This document shows positions 25,950-39,354 of a stretch of DNA of 64,000 nucleotides, one piece after another. Position numbers and translations under genes: made by a program. Position 1 is the first letter of the stretch; each line of letters starts with the position of its first letter. This stretch comes from Tilletiaria anomala UBC 951 (lineage: Eukaryota): NCBI RefSeq assembly GCF_000711695.1, contig NW_013547020.1, forward strand, positions 372,001 through 436,000. The letters run 5' to 3'. The notes under the pieces are model-generated. The model searched no databases. It saw only the letters and a list, made by a program, of their open reading frames with translations, and had not been told where the DNA came from.

Positions 25950-27960
25950 TGCACAAGACTGCAGGACACAAAGGTCTTTCGGATTTCGTCCGCTTTCACT
26001 AGCTCGTTCCCTTGCGTCTTTTACCATGTGGTCTTCCGACGGTACCGACCTCTACATCTCTTGGATTTAGTGCGTGGTTCCAATGCCGGGCCTCAATATA
26101 CCCCTTGTGCTTCTCCTTGAGACTGGACTTTCACTCCTGGCAAGGCTGATCGTCGCTTCATGACGTTTCACCTTGCAAACCGAGGATCCCATTCTTGGCA
26201 TTCACGGCGCCTCCTTGTCCTCTTGCTCCATGTCGAGCGGTGCTTGCTCGTTGCCTTTTACCCGCTTTGGCTGCTGCTTTTTCTTTTTCCGCGCCTACCG
26301 CGTCTCTAGCTCTCCCTCCTTTTTTGCAGTTGCGCTTTCTTTCGACACTACTCTGGCTGAGGCAGCTTCAGCTCCGGAACCCATCATGTTAACTGGTGAG
26401 CAATGGGCGGACCTACTCTTTGGCTACATGCGTATCGTCGACAAACGTTGTGCCCAGGCTGCTTGGCCCATCTGGCACAAATATGATTCGCTCCGCGCAA
26501 GCGGCAAAAACCGTGCAGCTCCTGGCACTGATATGGATGCTGCATTATTGTTCGTTGGGTCTTCCTGCTTCTACCTTACCTGTTGCCTCTACGCTTCCTC
26601 GTTCGGCCCTGTAAGTGCTCGAGGAACGGTTCCCCCCATTTTTTTTGTTTTGTCCCAAACCTGCCAAGCGCACCAAGCCCGAGCCAAACCAGTCCCCTTT
26701 TCCAGCTGCATGCGACGGTGTATAATCCAAATGGCTACTCATCCAGGCATTCTTCAGGAATGTATCAGCCTCTCCCCCCCCAAGCATTCCAACGTGGGAC
26801 GGAAAGGTGAGTGGGCCTGGGAGGGCAAGTCTGTCTTCTGCGTCGATTGCAACTCTGGCCATGGTAAGTGCGGTCCCAAAGCGCTCGAGGCCATCGACTC
26901 TACCTCATGAACCAAAGGAAAAGCTCACTACTGCGCCTATTTTAGACAAGACGGTCATTCAGCACGCTTCGACAACAACTAAAGTCAAGGGGATTCGCCT
27001 CTGCCGGTTCCCTTTTGCAGTTCCGTTTCCGCTTAGGTCCAGCTATTTTCTCACACGCAATCTCTTTGTTGAGCCTTGCTTACCTGCAACGACTCAATAC
27101 TCACATTCCTGATTGCGTCCAGCATGACTCTTCCAGGGGCAACCCACACCTTCCCTCCAGCGCGATCCCGCCGAGCCATTTTGGCAACGGGTTTCTATCC
27201 AATGTTTTTTCTTTGTTGCACCCCTGCATACTCAAAAGGCTTTTTCGCGCGCCAATTTCCTAATTCCACTCTTACATTCATGGCTGGCCCCATCCAACCC
27301 GTTCCCCTTGGTATCATCATCAAAGAGACCACGCCCTTTAAAGAGTGTACAGTTTGCGTCGTCGCCGACGCTTCGTTCCCACGTTCTAACGGTCGCTCTC
27401 TTCCCCTTACTTTCGCTCAACTCACAAACTGATACCAAAGACTTTGATCCTGTCTGGATTTCCATCTCCGGTGCGCGTGTCACCGTGAAACCCTTTCGAT
27501 ACATGATTTCACTTTCCTTTCCGTCCAGTATTGCGCTCGTCCTTCCTTTCTACCCTCTTCGCCTCTTTCTTTCCTTCGGCACTGTCCTGCCCGTTTGGCT
27601 ACGCACCCGGGCTCCTTTCATCGTTTGCACCACTGACTGCCATGACCTTGGCCGGATGGTTCTCCATTCCTTTCCCGCGCCACTTCCTGTGGCATTCACA
27701 CTGCATGCATTCTACGTCGGGTTCGGCTGCCGCCTATCCGCCCTTCCTTGGATTCTTTCTGGATGCCAGTGTCCCCGGCCTGGCGTACTTCCATTCCTTT
27801 TCCCCCTCACCTCACATGTGGGCCATTCCTACCCTTTCATTCTTCATTCACAGCCTGTTGGCCTATTATCCTCATTTGCATCGTGGCCTTCAGCCCGGTG
27901 CCCTTTCATTCCGTTCATTGGCCTTCACGCCCACTCACATTTTTCAGCTGTGCCATCGCA
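25950..27960 (+). mobile_element. Heavily degenerated Crypton-like (tyrosine recombinase) DNA transposon relic
   Basis: Ordered remnants across frames: FTPGKADRRFMTFHLANRG (~26130), NGYS (~26730), HSNVGRKGE (26785-26811), KGKAHYCAYFR (26914-26946), SYFLTRNLFVEP (27041-27076), AMTLAGW...RHFL (~27640), LQPGA (~27890); pyrimidine-skewed, many stops; ends approximate. Confidence 0.5.
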
Positions 27961-28733
27961 GATTCGATGACAGAGATCGCCTTGGAACCGCATTATCCAT
28001 GGCCCAAGGTTCCAATCGATACAGAACTTGGCTTCCCTGGCCCACTCGCCTTTTCTGCCCTGGTTGGAAATCTTGGTGGAAGAGGCCGGGGGGGGACACA
28101 TTCCCAAAAAAATGTGTTGATGGGTGCTTTCGCAGATAGCACACCGTCCTAGGCCCTTCCCTGCTCCCCCGAGCTGGTGCTGGACTAGGGCTGGAGCACC
28201 ACGCTAGATGGTGCGACTCAATCATTTTCTTACGATGTAACTAGGAGGCACGACGAATAAGCTATATTTCAAAGGGCAGAGTATATCTCAAGGAAGCGCT
28301 CGACTGCGTGTGTACCCGTAAATATGTGTTGATCAAAATTGCAATATTAATAAGAGTATTATGGGGACTCGTGCAAAAGGTGCGGGCAAGCCGCACGCGA
28401 TTACCTTATTCGGGAATGAGAGCGTGTGACCAGTGGGCCAGGCAGGAGGTTCGGCGTTCGATGCTCTTCAAAATTCGGCACTCGCGCACGTTCCCTTGGC
28501 TTGCGCACAACAAAGCAACTCTAGCAAGTCATTCCTGCTCGGCACAGGAATCGGGTCGGACAAATGTGATCGCACACACGGAGAGCGAGTCACACATCAC
28601 CCAGCGCTGTTCCTCTTGTTTTCATTCATTGGATGCACGTGGATTTTCGAGCTCATTACACATGCGCTTGGGTTTGGATAAAGGTCTTGCTTAGATCTTG
28701 CAAAGACAAGTCACGACTGGCAAAGATGCGCGC

Positions 28734-29442
28734 TCAGAAAGCCCAGTTGGTCTGCTGTGCGAGCTGCACGGCGGTAGTGATGCTCAACAGGGTCAGGCCG
28801 ATGCTGGCAACGTAGCCCGGGAGGGCGCCATGGACGCGCTTCTTGGGCTCGCCGCTGACGTAGCCGAGCGTGTACAGCACGCGCGACACGATCCATGCGC
28901 CGGATAGGATCGCCGCCGCGCGCGGGAACTTGAGGCCTGCAATCAGCGACGTGAGGATAAATTGCGGGAGCTGTTGCGATGCGAGCAAGGGTGACACCGA
29001 GGAGCATGGCACGAGTGTCAGTCATGCAATGGAAAGGAAAAAGAGTGTAACGAAAAAGGATGCGCTCACATTCTCGAGGGTGTTCAGGTGCTATTTGAGT
29101 CAGCGAGCAGTCACGAACCCATGAGGTGGAAAGAACGCAGGAAACAACAGTTAGTCAGCTCGTCGCGCAATTTCGTCCCTCTTCAATTACGTCGAAACCC
29201 CCCACGTGCCTCGGGCCGCACGCAACACTCACAGCCCTCTGCGTGCAGTTGAACACGTTCGCCTTGGGGTTCGCCTGCGCCTCGGCCTTGTCAGCGTAGG
29301 CCAGGGGGTACGGCACGCCGGCTGCCTTGCGCGCCTGGCTGACGAGGATACCTTGCCAGAGAGTCAGCACGGCGGACGAGGTCGTGGCGAGCAGCACGAA
29401 CGGGTAGCCCGACGGCAGGCCGAGGGTGACGAGCGCCGACAT
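28734..29442 (-). CDS. MAPEG family microsomal glutathione S-transferase 3-like; exons 29442-29233, 29090-29070, 28970-28734
   Basis: ARKAAGVPYP, FNCTQRA^HLNTLEN^LP, SRVLYTLGYVSGEPKKR. Confidence 0.9.
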
Positions 29443-30424
29443 TTTCGTTGCTGGTGGTGATAGAGTTAAGTTATCAAAGTCAAGGTCCCTGATAGGTGCG
29501 TCAAAATCTTGATGCAAATCTGGGCAAGATGTTTTGGAAAGACGTGCCAACAGGCAAACTTGAGACCGGGCAAGTAGCAAGTTATTATGTGAGTTGTCGC
29601 CCAGAATGTGCGGCTCGTCAAGCTTGGGGAGATGACGTGGACACCTAGCCAGAGCAGAAGGGCCTAGTTGCAGGCTGACACCGGCGATAACCAAGGTCCG
29701 AGTGAGCCCGTCACATGTTCCCATCACGTGATTCTGAATGAGTGGACGCAGGCTTCAGCCGCCTCTCGCCCTCATCGAGCTTGCTCGTTGTCCCATTTCA
29801 ACGGCATGCTGCTTGTTCTGCGGGTTCCGCTTTTACTCCAGCATGTGCATGTTCAGTCCCGCCTTGTCGATGCGGTATGCTGTGAAGCTGAAACCGGCTC
29901 ACTTCGGCCAAGCCTGCAGGGTTGGCCTCGATCGGTGGCGGACAGCGACTTGGTTCCTCCAGGGAGGAGGTCACCCACTCGATGAACTCCTTCCCGCCAG
30001 CCAGCTTCAGGCACGTGCCCATTCCGCCCGCCCGGTTCCCTCTCCGATCCTTTTATGAATTAGCGCTGGCCAAGTCTTCATGTGCCATGTCAGTGTGCGG
30101 GCGAAATGGCAATCTGTGTGCATACATAACCTCGCTCCTCTGGAGTGGAGTTGCCGCGCGGGGACTTCGGAGAATATGGATGCACACAAAAAGCTAGTCG
30201 CCGATCAGGCCGCATTTCGGCGTCCTCTTTCGCTGCTAAAATAGAAGTTGCCGATCGGCGTCTTGTTTCCTCTCTCCCGAACACTCCTTTTCTCCTTTTC
30301 GCCGTCTTCCAGTCGAAGGAACGCCTTGTTGCTGCTGCCTTTGGGAGCCCTCAGCGCATGTCATGCAGGTATCTGTCCTGCACAAAGTGTGCTTGTTTGC
30401 TTTTTCACGTGCCACATAGCAAGC

Positions 30425-32736
30425 ATGAGCGCCATAAATGCGGTCTGCGGCGTCTGCACTCGGCTCGCCCGCAGCAACGCACCACCACGACCAAGAGCAA
30501 CGGCATGGCTGCACTCCCCCGCGCGGCCCTTGGGCGGCACGGGGGACGCAGCAGCGTCCTTCGTCGTTGACCTAGCGCAAGCCAGAAGCTTTTCCACATC
30601 GATGCCTGCATGGAAAGGAGGCAAGAGGCCCAAAGCCCCGCGTGAGCATGCCATCAGCCGTGTCCCTCTGTTTGCCTTGCACCTTTTCCTGTGTTGGGGC
30701 CCGCTGACACACGCGCGGGCATGCAACGTCAGGCATGCCGGCCCGCTTGCGTCTTGCAGATCCTGCCGAACTGCGCAGAGCCAGTGTGCTGAAAGCGACA
30801 GCAAGCGGCATTAACATCAGTCGCAATAACGGCAGCACCAGTAGCAACAGCAGCAGAACCCCGAGACTTCCACCGCGGCCCTGGCCAGACAAGGGACTCA
30901 GGCGTCCCGGAGCACAACCTTTCGGACAATCAAGAATTCAGCGGAAGAGTCGGTCGCTCGTCGGCCAATCACCGACTGCCGCTCCCACTTTGTCACCGCT
31001 GCGAGAGAATCGTGCTCCAAAGGCACAGCTGGACCCGCGAACCAGGCATTTCGATACACTTCCACTGTCGCCAGGCTTTCTGCAGATGGCAACCTCACAG
31101 CTGGAAGCGCAAGCGGCCCACGATCCAAGAGGGAAAAAGGGAAAAGTAACGTTCCAACCGACGCACATCCAATCGCTCTCCATTCAGCACTTCCTGCTGG
31201 CCCCGTCGGGCGGCGCCTCGTTCGGCAAGGAACGCGCAGAGCCTTTCCTCTTCAAGGAAGCCGGCAGCGAGACAGTGCTAGCAGCCGAGACGGGAAGCGG
31301 AAAGACGTGGGCATTCCTCCTTCCGCTCTTACAGCGGCTCAAGGATACAGAGGGGCAGTCCGCTCCGGAGCCGGTACTGGGCCAGGAGCTGCTTGTACGA
31401 CCGCGAGCCATCCTCCTCGCCCCGACGCACGAGCTGGCACGTCAGCTCGCTTCAGCTGCTAAATCCCTTTGCCACATCGAGAAGCTGCGCGTTCTCTGTC
31501 TGAGCAGCGGCGGTTGGCTCGAAGCGCTCGAACAGGACATTGATAGGATGAAAGTAGCAGCAGCATCGCCGCAGCGCTCTTCTCACCCGCAGTCCGCTTG
31601 GCCCGTGCGCGGCATCGACCTGCTTATCTCCACTCCGAACCGCCTCCTCGACGTCTGTAAGAGTATGCAAGAGCGGCAGGCGGATAAGGCGAGCCGTGAG
31701 GCGCAGGACGCACCGCCTGGCCGCATGGACCCGCAGGATAAGCCGCAGCTCGTCGCGCTGGACGCTGTGCGCGCAGCCGTCGTCGACGAGTCGGACGCGC
31801 TGCTGGACCGCGACTTTGCGCCTGCGACGACCAGCGTCCTTCGCCGCGTGCACACCGACCGGCTCGCTGGATCCGCCGTGTGCCACGCTCCGCCGCCGCC
31901 GCCCGCAGACCTCGTGTTCGTCACGGCGTCCATCTCTGCGGCGCTGTCGCAGCACCTCAACACGTACCACCCACGCGCGCACATGCTCCTCTCGCCCGGC
32001 CTGCACCGCCTGCCGCGCACGCTCGCGACGGCATACGTCGACCCCGGTGGTTCGAGGCATCGCGCACTCGCCAGACACGTTGCCGAGGCCCTGGCGGCTG
32101 ACGCCGAGGGCAGGAATAAGGTGCTCGTCTTTGTCGAGAAGAAAAGGACCGTCACGATTCTGGCAGAGTTCCTGAAGAGCCAGGGTGTCGAGTGAGTCCG
32201 CTTTGCTCTGCCCTGCAACCCATGCACACCTGCCTGACATACATGGCTGACCTCCCCTCCTCTATCCCGCCAGCAACGTCGCGTTGACCGGTGAAAGCAA
32301 GACGCGCAGCATGCGCTCCAATGCTCATCTCGCTGGCTTTCTCACTTCCACCCGGGGAAGCACACCCGCAAGCGCTGCCGATGTGCCGTCCAGCAGCAGC
32401 AGCCCGCGTGTACTCGTAACCACGTCCCTACTTTCGCGCGGCCTCGACTTTGACTCGAGCGTCTCGCACATCTTCATACCAGATGCCAAGAGCGCATCGG
32501 CGTCCGCGGCGGGCACCGCGCCGCGCCGTGCGGCGAGGCAGGAGCTGAGCGCGCTCGAGCTGCTGCACCGTGCGGGCCGCGGTGCACGTGCTGGCCGCAA
32601 CGCAACCCTCGTGCTTTTCGACAAGGACGCAACGCCCCAAGGCAGGCGCGTGCTTAAGAACCGCAAAGGCAAGACCGTCGGCCGCGTCATTGGCCGCCTC
32701 GAAAGGATCGTCAAGCCGCTCAGCGCGCGCCCTTGA
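30425..32736 (+). CDS. MRH4: Mitochondrial DEAD-box RNA helicase; exons 30425-30641, 30760-32191, 32274-32736
   Basis: AAETGSGKT, LAPTHEL, DESD, LSRGLD, HRAGRGAR; Arg/Ser-rich presequence ending in RSFSTS. Confidence 0.8.
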
Positions 32737-34168
32737 CCGCACGCATCGGCCCCTCTGCTGTCGACCACTGCGCTTGGCTGAGGCCGGGCGGGCGGGTAGG
32801 CGAATGTATACTATGCTCCCTGCAATGCGTATGCTATAGATGATGGGGCGTGCAGTGCTCCTGAGAATGAGTTGAGTACGTGAAGATCACGAGTCCGGTT
32901 ACTTTTAAAGTTCAGGCGAGCATTCCTTTGCAGCTTGGAGCACTGCCAAGTCATGCCACAGCCGCAGGATCCACTGCTCAGCCTTAGGCTTCAGACCACA
33001 TGGGCAGTACACCCGAAGGCAGTTGCAGATGGCGGCTGAGAAGCCGGCATCTGGGCAAGAGTGCTATGGATATACAGCATCGCCAGCGCCGAGCGCATTC
33101 TTCAGCCCTTTTGAGAACAGAAGCAGCGAGGGAGCATTTCCTCATAAGCTGCAGTGATATAAGGTGTCGCCGAGACTCATCAGAGAAGACACAGAATCAG
33201 CCGAATTGCGAGCGACCCGCGAAGAGCTTGGCGCTACACTCGGCTGATTGATCACAGGACTTGCAAGTCGTTGCGAAACGACATTCTTGTCTGTCTGCGG
33301 GACGCTACCGCTATTGCCACTTCTCAATCTTGTCGCATTCGAGGCGGACTCCTCGATGAACCCAATGCGATGCTGAGAAGAAGTGTGGGAGACGAGTACA
33401 CGAAACTTTGCCCACTCTGCTCGGGATTCATTCGGACTCGAAAGTGCAGATGGGAATCGATCTTCTACATGTCCAACTGACGAAGAGTGGACTGGAGGAT
33501 GACGGCTGATTCATTATGATATTGCGCGACGAGTTCTGCGTACAGTGAGTCAGTTGCTGGAGTTTGTTCCTGCGCGTTCGCGGAGAGTTCATTAGCATGG
33601 GCGGTCTGCTTGTCGTGTTAGGTCCGAACATGCGTGGAATGTCGCTCCTTTTTGTGCGGGTAGGTTCTTGTCCCTTGTGAAGAGGCGCTCTCAGCTGGCG
33701 CGTGATGAGGACAAGACAGGTGTTCTCGCTGATGCCCTTGTGCCGCAAGCTCTGCTTCTCACCTCCTTTTGTCCGTTTTGGAGCGGCCACGGCGAGCACG
33801 CGCCTCGAAGCCCATAAACATGAGCGCCGACTACACCCAGCGGCGGGTTGATTTTCGAAACGACTAGACACCAAGCATCAATTGAAGGTACACATGCAAG
33901 GACGAGGTCATTCATCCTGTCACTGTTAGACTCCTTGCTGTTTGGTAGGCGGCGAAAGCGTTACCAGCGACGATCAGGGTCACGTGACTTTCACTGGAGG
34001 CATTGGATTGGGTTGGAGAGTTCCCAGGTCTTCAATAATGACTTCTCATTGCTGCTCATCCACCCACATCCACAGTCTCACAGCGCTGCAGCGACTCTCA
34101 CTCGCCTTGCCGTGACCGCCTCTACGAAGACATACAGCAGGTGCAGCAGGATCGGCTTGCCCAGCAGG

Positions 34169-36154
34169 ATGTCTTCCATAGGACTCGCATCAAGACTGCC
34201 AGCGCCGCGGCTCAGCAGCCGGGTGGAAGACGTGGACGATGAGGAACCTGCAGGCCTTGCTCGCGTTGCAGCTCGCATCTCATCTGTGCCTTCGTCTTCC
34301 TCCACAGCCGTCACCCGCATGACTGCCGACATCCCAACTTATGGACAACGACAGGGATGGAGGCCGCAGTCTCAGACAGACTTCGGACCCGATGGCGGAG
34401 CTTATCCAGAGTGCCACGTGGCGCAGTATCCGCTGGACATGGGCAAGATTGGTGCCAAAGGAGCAGTGGGTGCAAAACGAGCTCTCTTCTGTCAAAAAGA
34501 CATGGACTAAGTCTGATTTTTTTCATCCTGTTTTCAGGGAAAGAGCGGGGGTGCTCTGGCACTGCAGCTCGACGCGGAAGGAAACATACGATATGATGCG
34601 ATCGTCCAACAGGGCCGAAGGGATGGTCAGCGCGTCCAGTCTACTCAGCTGGACATTGTCCCACTTCGACATCGCGCAGACTACAAAGAAGGGGAGGACC
34701 GGCGGGAACGACCTTCAGAGGAAGAGGTAGCATCGGTTACTGAGAGGACGCGGCTCGCGCTGGAGAAGATTACCCAGACTAAAATTAAGGCTGCACAACC
34801 GGGCAACATTCCCAATACTCAGGGCAATTCGTCCTTCATCCGATATACACCAGGTCAGCAAGGCGGTGGAGATGGAAAGCAGCGCATCATCAAGATGACC
34901 GAGGTCGTTGAGGACCCGTTAGAGCCGTCACGCTGGAAGCACAAGAAGGTGCCACGAGGGCCGCCATCACCGCCGCCTCCAGTCTTGCGCTCGCCACCGC
35001 GCAAGGCGACCGCGCAGGAGCTGCAAGAGTGGGCCATCCCGCCTTCGATTTCAAACTGGAAGAACAACCGAGGATTCACGATCCCGCTCGACAAGCGTCT
35101 CGCAACGGATGGGCGAGGGCTGCATGATGTGCATATCAACGACGGATTCGCGCAATTTAGCGAGGCACTCAACCTGGCAGATAGACACGCGAGGGAGGAG
35201 GTTAGGCAACGTGCTGCGATGCAGCAAAAGCTGGCGGCGAAAGAGAAGGCTGCAAAGGAGGAGCACTTGCGGATGCTAGCTCAGCGAGCGAGGGAAGAGC
35301 GTGCAGGTATTGCGACGCCATCCTTTGCCGGTGACAGCGAGGCGGGGCCATCGGGCAGTGCTCGCGAGGCCCCTTCAGCCGCCAGCAACGGAAGGATGAC
35401 CGCCGCGGCGGGAGGCGCGATGCCTAGCGCGCTGGCCGGCTACGGATCGGATTCAGGCGAGAGCGACTCGGAGGATAGCGAGGAAGAAGCTGCGGCGCGG
35501 GAGCGCGATCGGCTGCGTGCAGAGCGCAAGCGCGAGCGGGAGCGCGAGCTACGCATGTCCAACATGGGCACCGAGCAGCGCGCCAAAATGATCGCCAAGG
35601 AGCAGAATCGCGACATCTCCGAGAAGATCGCGCTGGGACTGGCCAAGCCGAGCACGCAGGGTGGCGAGCTAGACGCACGCCTGTTCAACCGCGAGACCTT
35701 CAATGCGAGTTTCGGCAATGATGACTCGTACAACCTGTACGACAAGCCGCTGCTACAAGGCTCGTCTGCAGCGCAAGCCATCTACAGCCGACCAGGCGGC
35801 GGGAACGGCACCGCGGACGACATCTACGCAGGAGGCACGGAGGAGGGCATCGGCGAAGCGCTCAAGAACGATCGGTTCGGGCTCGGCAAGAGCCGCTTCG
35901 AAGGCGCCGACATGGCCGAGGAGAGACACGGCCCGGTGCAGTTCGAGAAGGACCAGGCGGATCCCTTTGCCATCGAACAGTTTTTGGACGCTGCCAAGCG
36001 CGGAACCAAGCGCGCCGGGCTCGAGCTCGCAGGGTGAGTGCATCGATGTGGTTTGTCACCTGCGAACGATAGACCTAACAGCTTGCCTTTACTCTTCATC
36101 TCTCCTGCCCGCAGATCCGACAGCCGCAAGAAGCAGAGGGATGATGATGAGTGA
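34169..36154 (+). CDS. PRP45: Splicing factor Prp45/SNW1/SKIP; exons 34169-34465, 34538-36033, 36115-36154
   Basis: GGAYPECHVAQYPLDMG, LALQLDAEG, DPLEP...PPSPPPPV, ISNWKN, IPLDKRL, GPVQFEKD. Confidence 0.95.
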
Positions 36155-36658
36155 AAGCATGTTCGATTGGACTTCATGACCCAGCAGGATTCTCCCTCTG
36201 CTGTCCGGACCTCCCCATGGCTCTCGTGTGCCAACCGTTCTTCAAAGGTTGCTATCTTAGATCACTCCATGTACAATAAAAATTCACAGTGGCATCGCGC
36301 GGGGGCTTCAGCGCCTTTCTCCATCACTGCATCAGCTCTGCAAGTCCAACTTTGGCCCCTTCCGATCTTGCGTCTGTGTTGAGCAGGGGAAAACGAGGCG
36401 TTGAGCGCGACCAAGGACACGGAAAGAAAAATTTGGGATGCCTGGCCGCTTCCAGTAGGGTTGACTTGATGTAATGCTCAAAAGTTCCAGGACATTCGTC
36501 AGGAAAAGTGTGGGATACGCACATCGCTTTCGAACAAAACGTCACTTTCTTGAATGCATTGACCTCTCCATCTTTTGTGTCTTTCGCTCGCATGGACCAC
36601 AAGTGATCAAGGACTATCAGGTGTAGACCTCTCTTTCGACCGCTTCTGATTCGCCGCC

Positions 36659-37480
36659 ATGTCCTTCTTTAAATCAGCGGTTACTGCGTCGGTGAGTCGT
36701 CGGTTTTCAGCGCAATAACGAGCTGAGATGCCAACCGCAGCGAACTGACGTTGGTGTCCTCTTTCTCGCAAATCGCGTCTGCGGCCATCGGTTCGTCGAC
36801 TGAACTTCTCTTCGCTTGGAATGAAATTCACCTTCTCGAGCAGCGCCTAGCGCGCTCGTATCCACAGTCGATGGCGCCAGCGCAGTTGCTGCGCGCCCAG
36901 CCGGCCTTTGTGCGGCTGCTCTCGCAGGATGCGCGCAAGAAGATCGAATCGGCGGTGAAGAGTGACCCACTGGTCATATTCATGAAGGGTACACCGCAGA
37001 TGCCCATGTGCGGGTTCAGCAGAGCGGTGTGCCAGGTCATGGAGGTGCAGGGCGTCAGGCCGGAGAAAATGAAGTGAGTGAGAGAGTCTGCGAAGCGATT
37101 CGAACTTTTCTATCTTTCTTTCGCATTTACGGATTCATGGATACCCTACTGGGAATTCGCCCACACATTGCTATCCATTACTTCTGCAGGACGTACAACT
37201 GCCTTGAGGATGAGGAGCTGAGGCAAGGTATCAAGGAGTACAGCGAATGGCCCACCATCCCGCAAGTGTACCTCAACGGCGAATTTATCGGAGGGTGTGA
37301 CATCATGCTCAGCAGTCAGTAACATCGTACTTTCCTTTATCGTTGGTACGCCCGACTGACGGTGCATTTATGTCAACGTGATTCGCACTTGCAGTGCACC
37401 AATCAGGAGAGCTCGAATCGGCGCTAGACAAGGCTGGTGTCCTGGACCCGCCGCAGCCGCAAACCGAAGCGCAGTCGTAG
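36659..37480 (+). CDS. GRX5: Mitochondrial monothiol glutaredoxin; 4 exons
   Basis: [27 protein letters not shown]; presequence [11 protein letters not shown]^RLARS. Confidence 0.93.
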
Positions 37481-37658
37481 GCTTGCATTTTCGGGCTGGC
37501 GCAAGGGAATAGCACGCAGACCATATGCCCACGTTCTCAGCCCCTTTGTATCTTAGTCAACTACCAGATAGATTTGGGTATTATTCGTTGCATCAGTGGG
37601 AACATGTGATCCAAGTCATGTGAATCAACCAATCCATGAGTATACGACGCATGTGTAT

Positions 37659-38637
37659 TTAGAACATGAGCGAGCCAAGCTGCGGGACACCCATGAAGCC
37701 TCCGGCGAGCAGTAAGCCATAGCCGCCACCGTACCCATAGCCAGCGCCGCAGCCATAGTATGGTCCAGTGGGGTTGATGTACCTGACATTCGGGTTGCTG
37801 TTAACCATGCCACCCCAGGGATCGTAGCCATAGCTCGGCACGAAGCTCTGCAGCGGGAGGAGGACAACGTTATCCTTGCCCTCAAGGTCTCTGCCGAGCA
37901 GCTGCAACCGGGCCGTTTGTGCTGCAAGAGAGATGGCATACCATAGCTACTGTTGCGCCTCGTACGTGCGCTGCTCAGCCAGCTCGCATTCGTGCCACTT
38001 GCGCGAGCAAGCGCACCTCTTGCGTGGTGAAGGTGAGCTTGTCCCTCATCTTTCGGCCGAGTTTCTTCAAGCCCGGTGGGCGGCGGTTTGTTCGGGTCGT
38101 GTCCGATCACGTGGCCGTGAGCGTCGCGATGAGGAGGAGGCTGTGCTTGCGCTTAAGAGGCAGAAGGATGACCAGCCCGCCAATCGTCGTCGGTCTTCTC
38201 GGCTTTCAATTCGCTCCACCGACTAGCACGACCGCCGCCGCTGCTGCCGCCACCAACACCGTCGTGGCGCTCGCCCTTTGCGATCCGCTTGTTCTCTTCG
38301 CCAACTTTTCTCCTCTCCTCCGTGCTGACGATGCGCAGATACTAGCCGTCAAAGTATGGAGGCATCTGCGCGCTGCGGCTAGCCCGCCGTTCGCCCGCGT
38401 ATTGACGTAGAAGTGCCGGTCCGTCCCAGTGTCCTACTGCCTGATCCAGCCGTGCGGCAGGGGCGGCATGGCGTCCGAGAACCATGTGATCTTCAACGAC
38501 TGTCGCTCCGAGACAGGGTCGTTGAAACGTGCCTTTGGAGAGGAGTGGGCGGACTCGAGGTAGCTCGGTGGCGGTACTGCTGGTTGCGTCGACGCTGCGG
38601 CCGACGAGGGCCCCGCGGCGGTGCGCAAGGAAAACAT
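37659..38637 (-). pseudogene. Pseudogene of a fungal WW-domain protein with Gly/Tyr-rich C-terminus
   Basis: PPPSY; LPHGWIRQ*DTGTDRHFYVNT; KKLGRKMRDKLT; QLLGRDLEGKD; GYGYGGGYG...LMF; stops at 38436-34, 38344-42, 38155-53 and 37949-47, plus frameshifts. Confidence 0.8.
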
Positions 38638-39354
38638 TATTAGCCGGGCTTGCACTTGCCGCCCTGGGCTTTGACTTGGATGCTTCTAGACTGCTGTATA
38701 GTTTTTCTGGCCGAACGATGGATGTACCTTTTGCCGGAGGGAAAGGATCGGTAGTCCGTGTGTATTGTGAGAGATGCGCTGTACTAGATTACACTGACTA
38801 TTGTCATTAAATGATGTCAATAACCTTCATTTGGCTGTGGCATGAGAGCTGCTCGGCGACGAAAAATGCAGCTGGGGCGGATCGGTGACGCAACGTTTCA
38901 GCATGTCGTATGTACGGCCTCAACGGGCTACACTCGATGACTGTACGTGCTGCAACACACCATAACGTACCGACGTGGCCAGGAGTCCAGGAAGGAGGAC
39001 TACTTGTAGCTCGTGCTGATCCCGCAACTGGTACTAGAGTTCACCCCAACTCGGTTCTCGTCCACGGACTCCCTGGCAACGCCAGGCCGATGCGAGCTTG
39101 AATTACATTTCTTAAACGGGTTCCATCCCATATGTAAGTCCTCTCGGTCTTGGATTTGGACAAGACGGCATGTTACAGCGTTGATGACCAACAAGTTCCT
39201 GCATGCAACGAATACTGAGCCGTCAACGCAAGTGCACTCCCTCGCTCCTTTCACAGCCGACGGGCCTCTTCGCTTGGTTGCATAGATGGACGTCCATGTA
39301 CACATACATGCATATCCATAGATATACATATATGCAACACGGGAGGAGGCTACG

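Noticed and set aside
26173..28152. Overlapping 130-245 aa hydrophobic ORFs as membrane proteins
   Set aside because: They result from pyrimidine skew in the transposon relic; recognisable motifs jump between frames
37659..38637. Stop-codon reassignment or editing as the explanation for in-frame TAGs
   Set aside because: Frameshifts and a TAA co-occur, and TAG ends intact genes here (GRX5, Stealth, FIST, RhoGEF)
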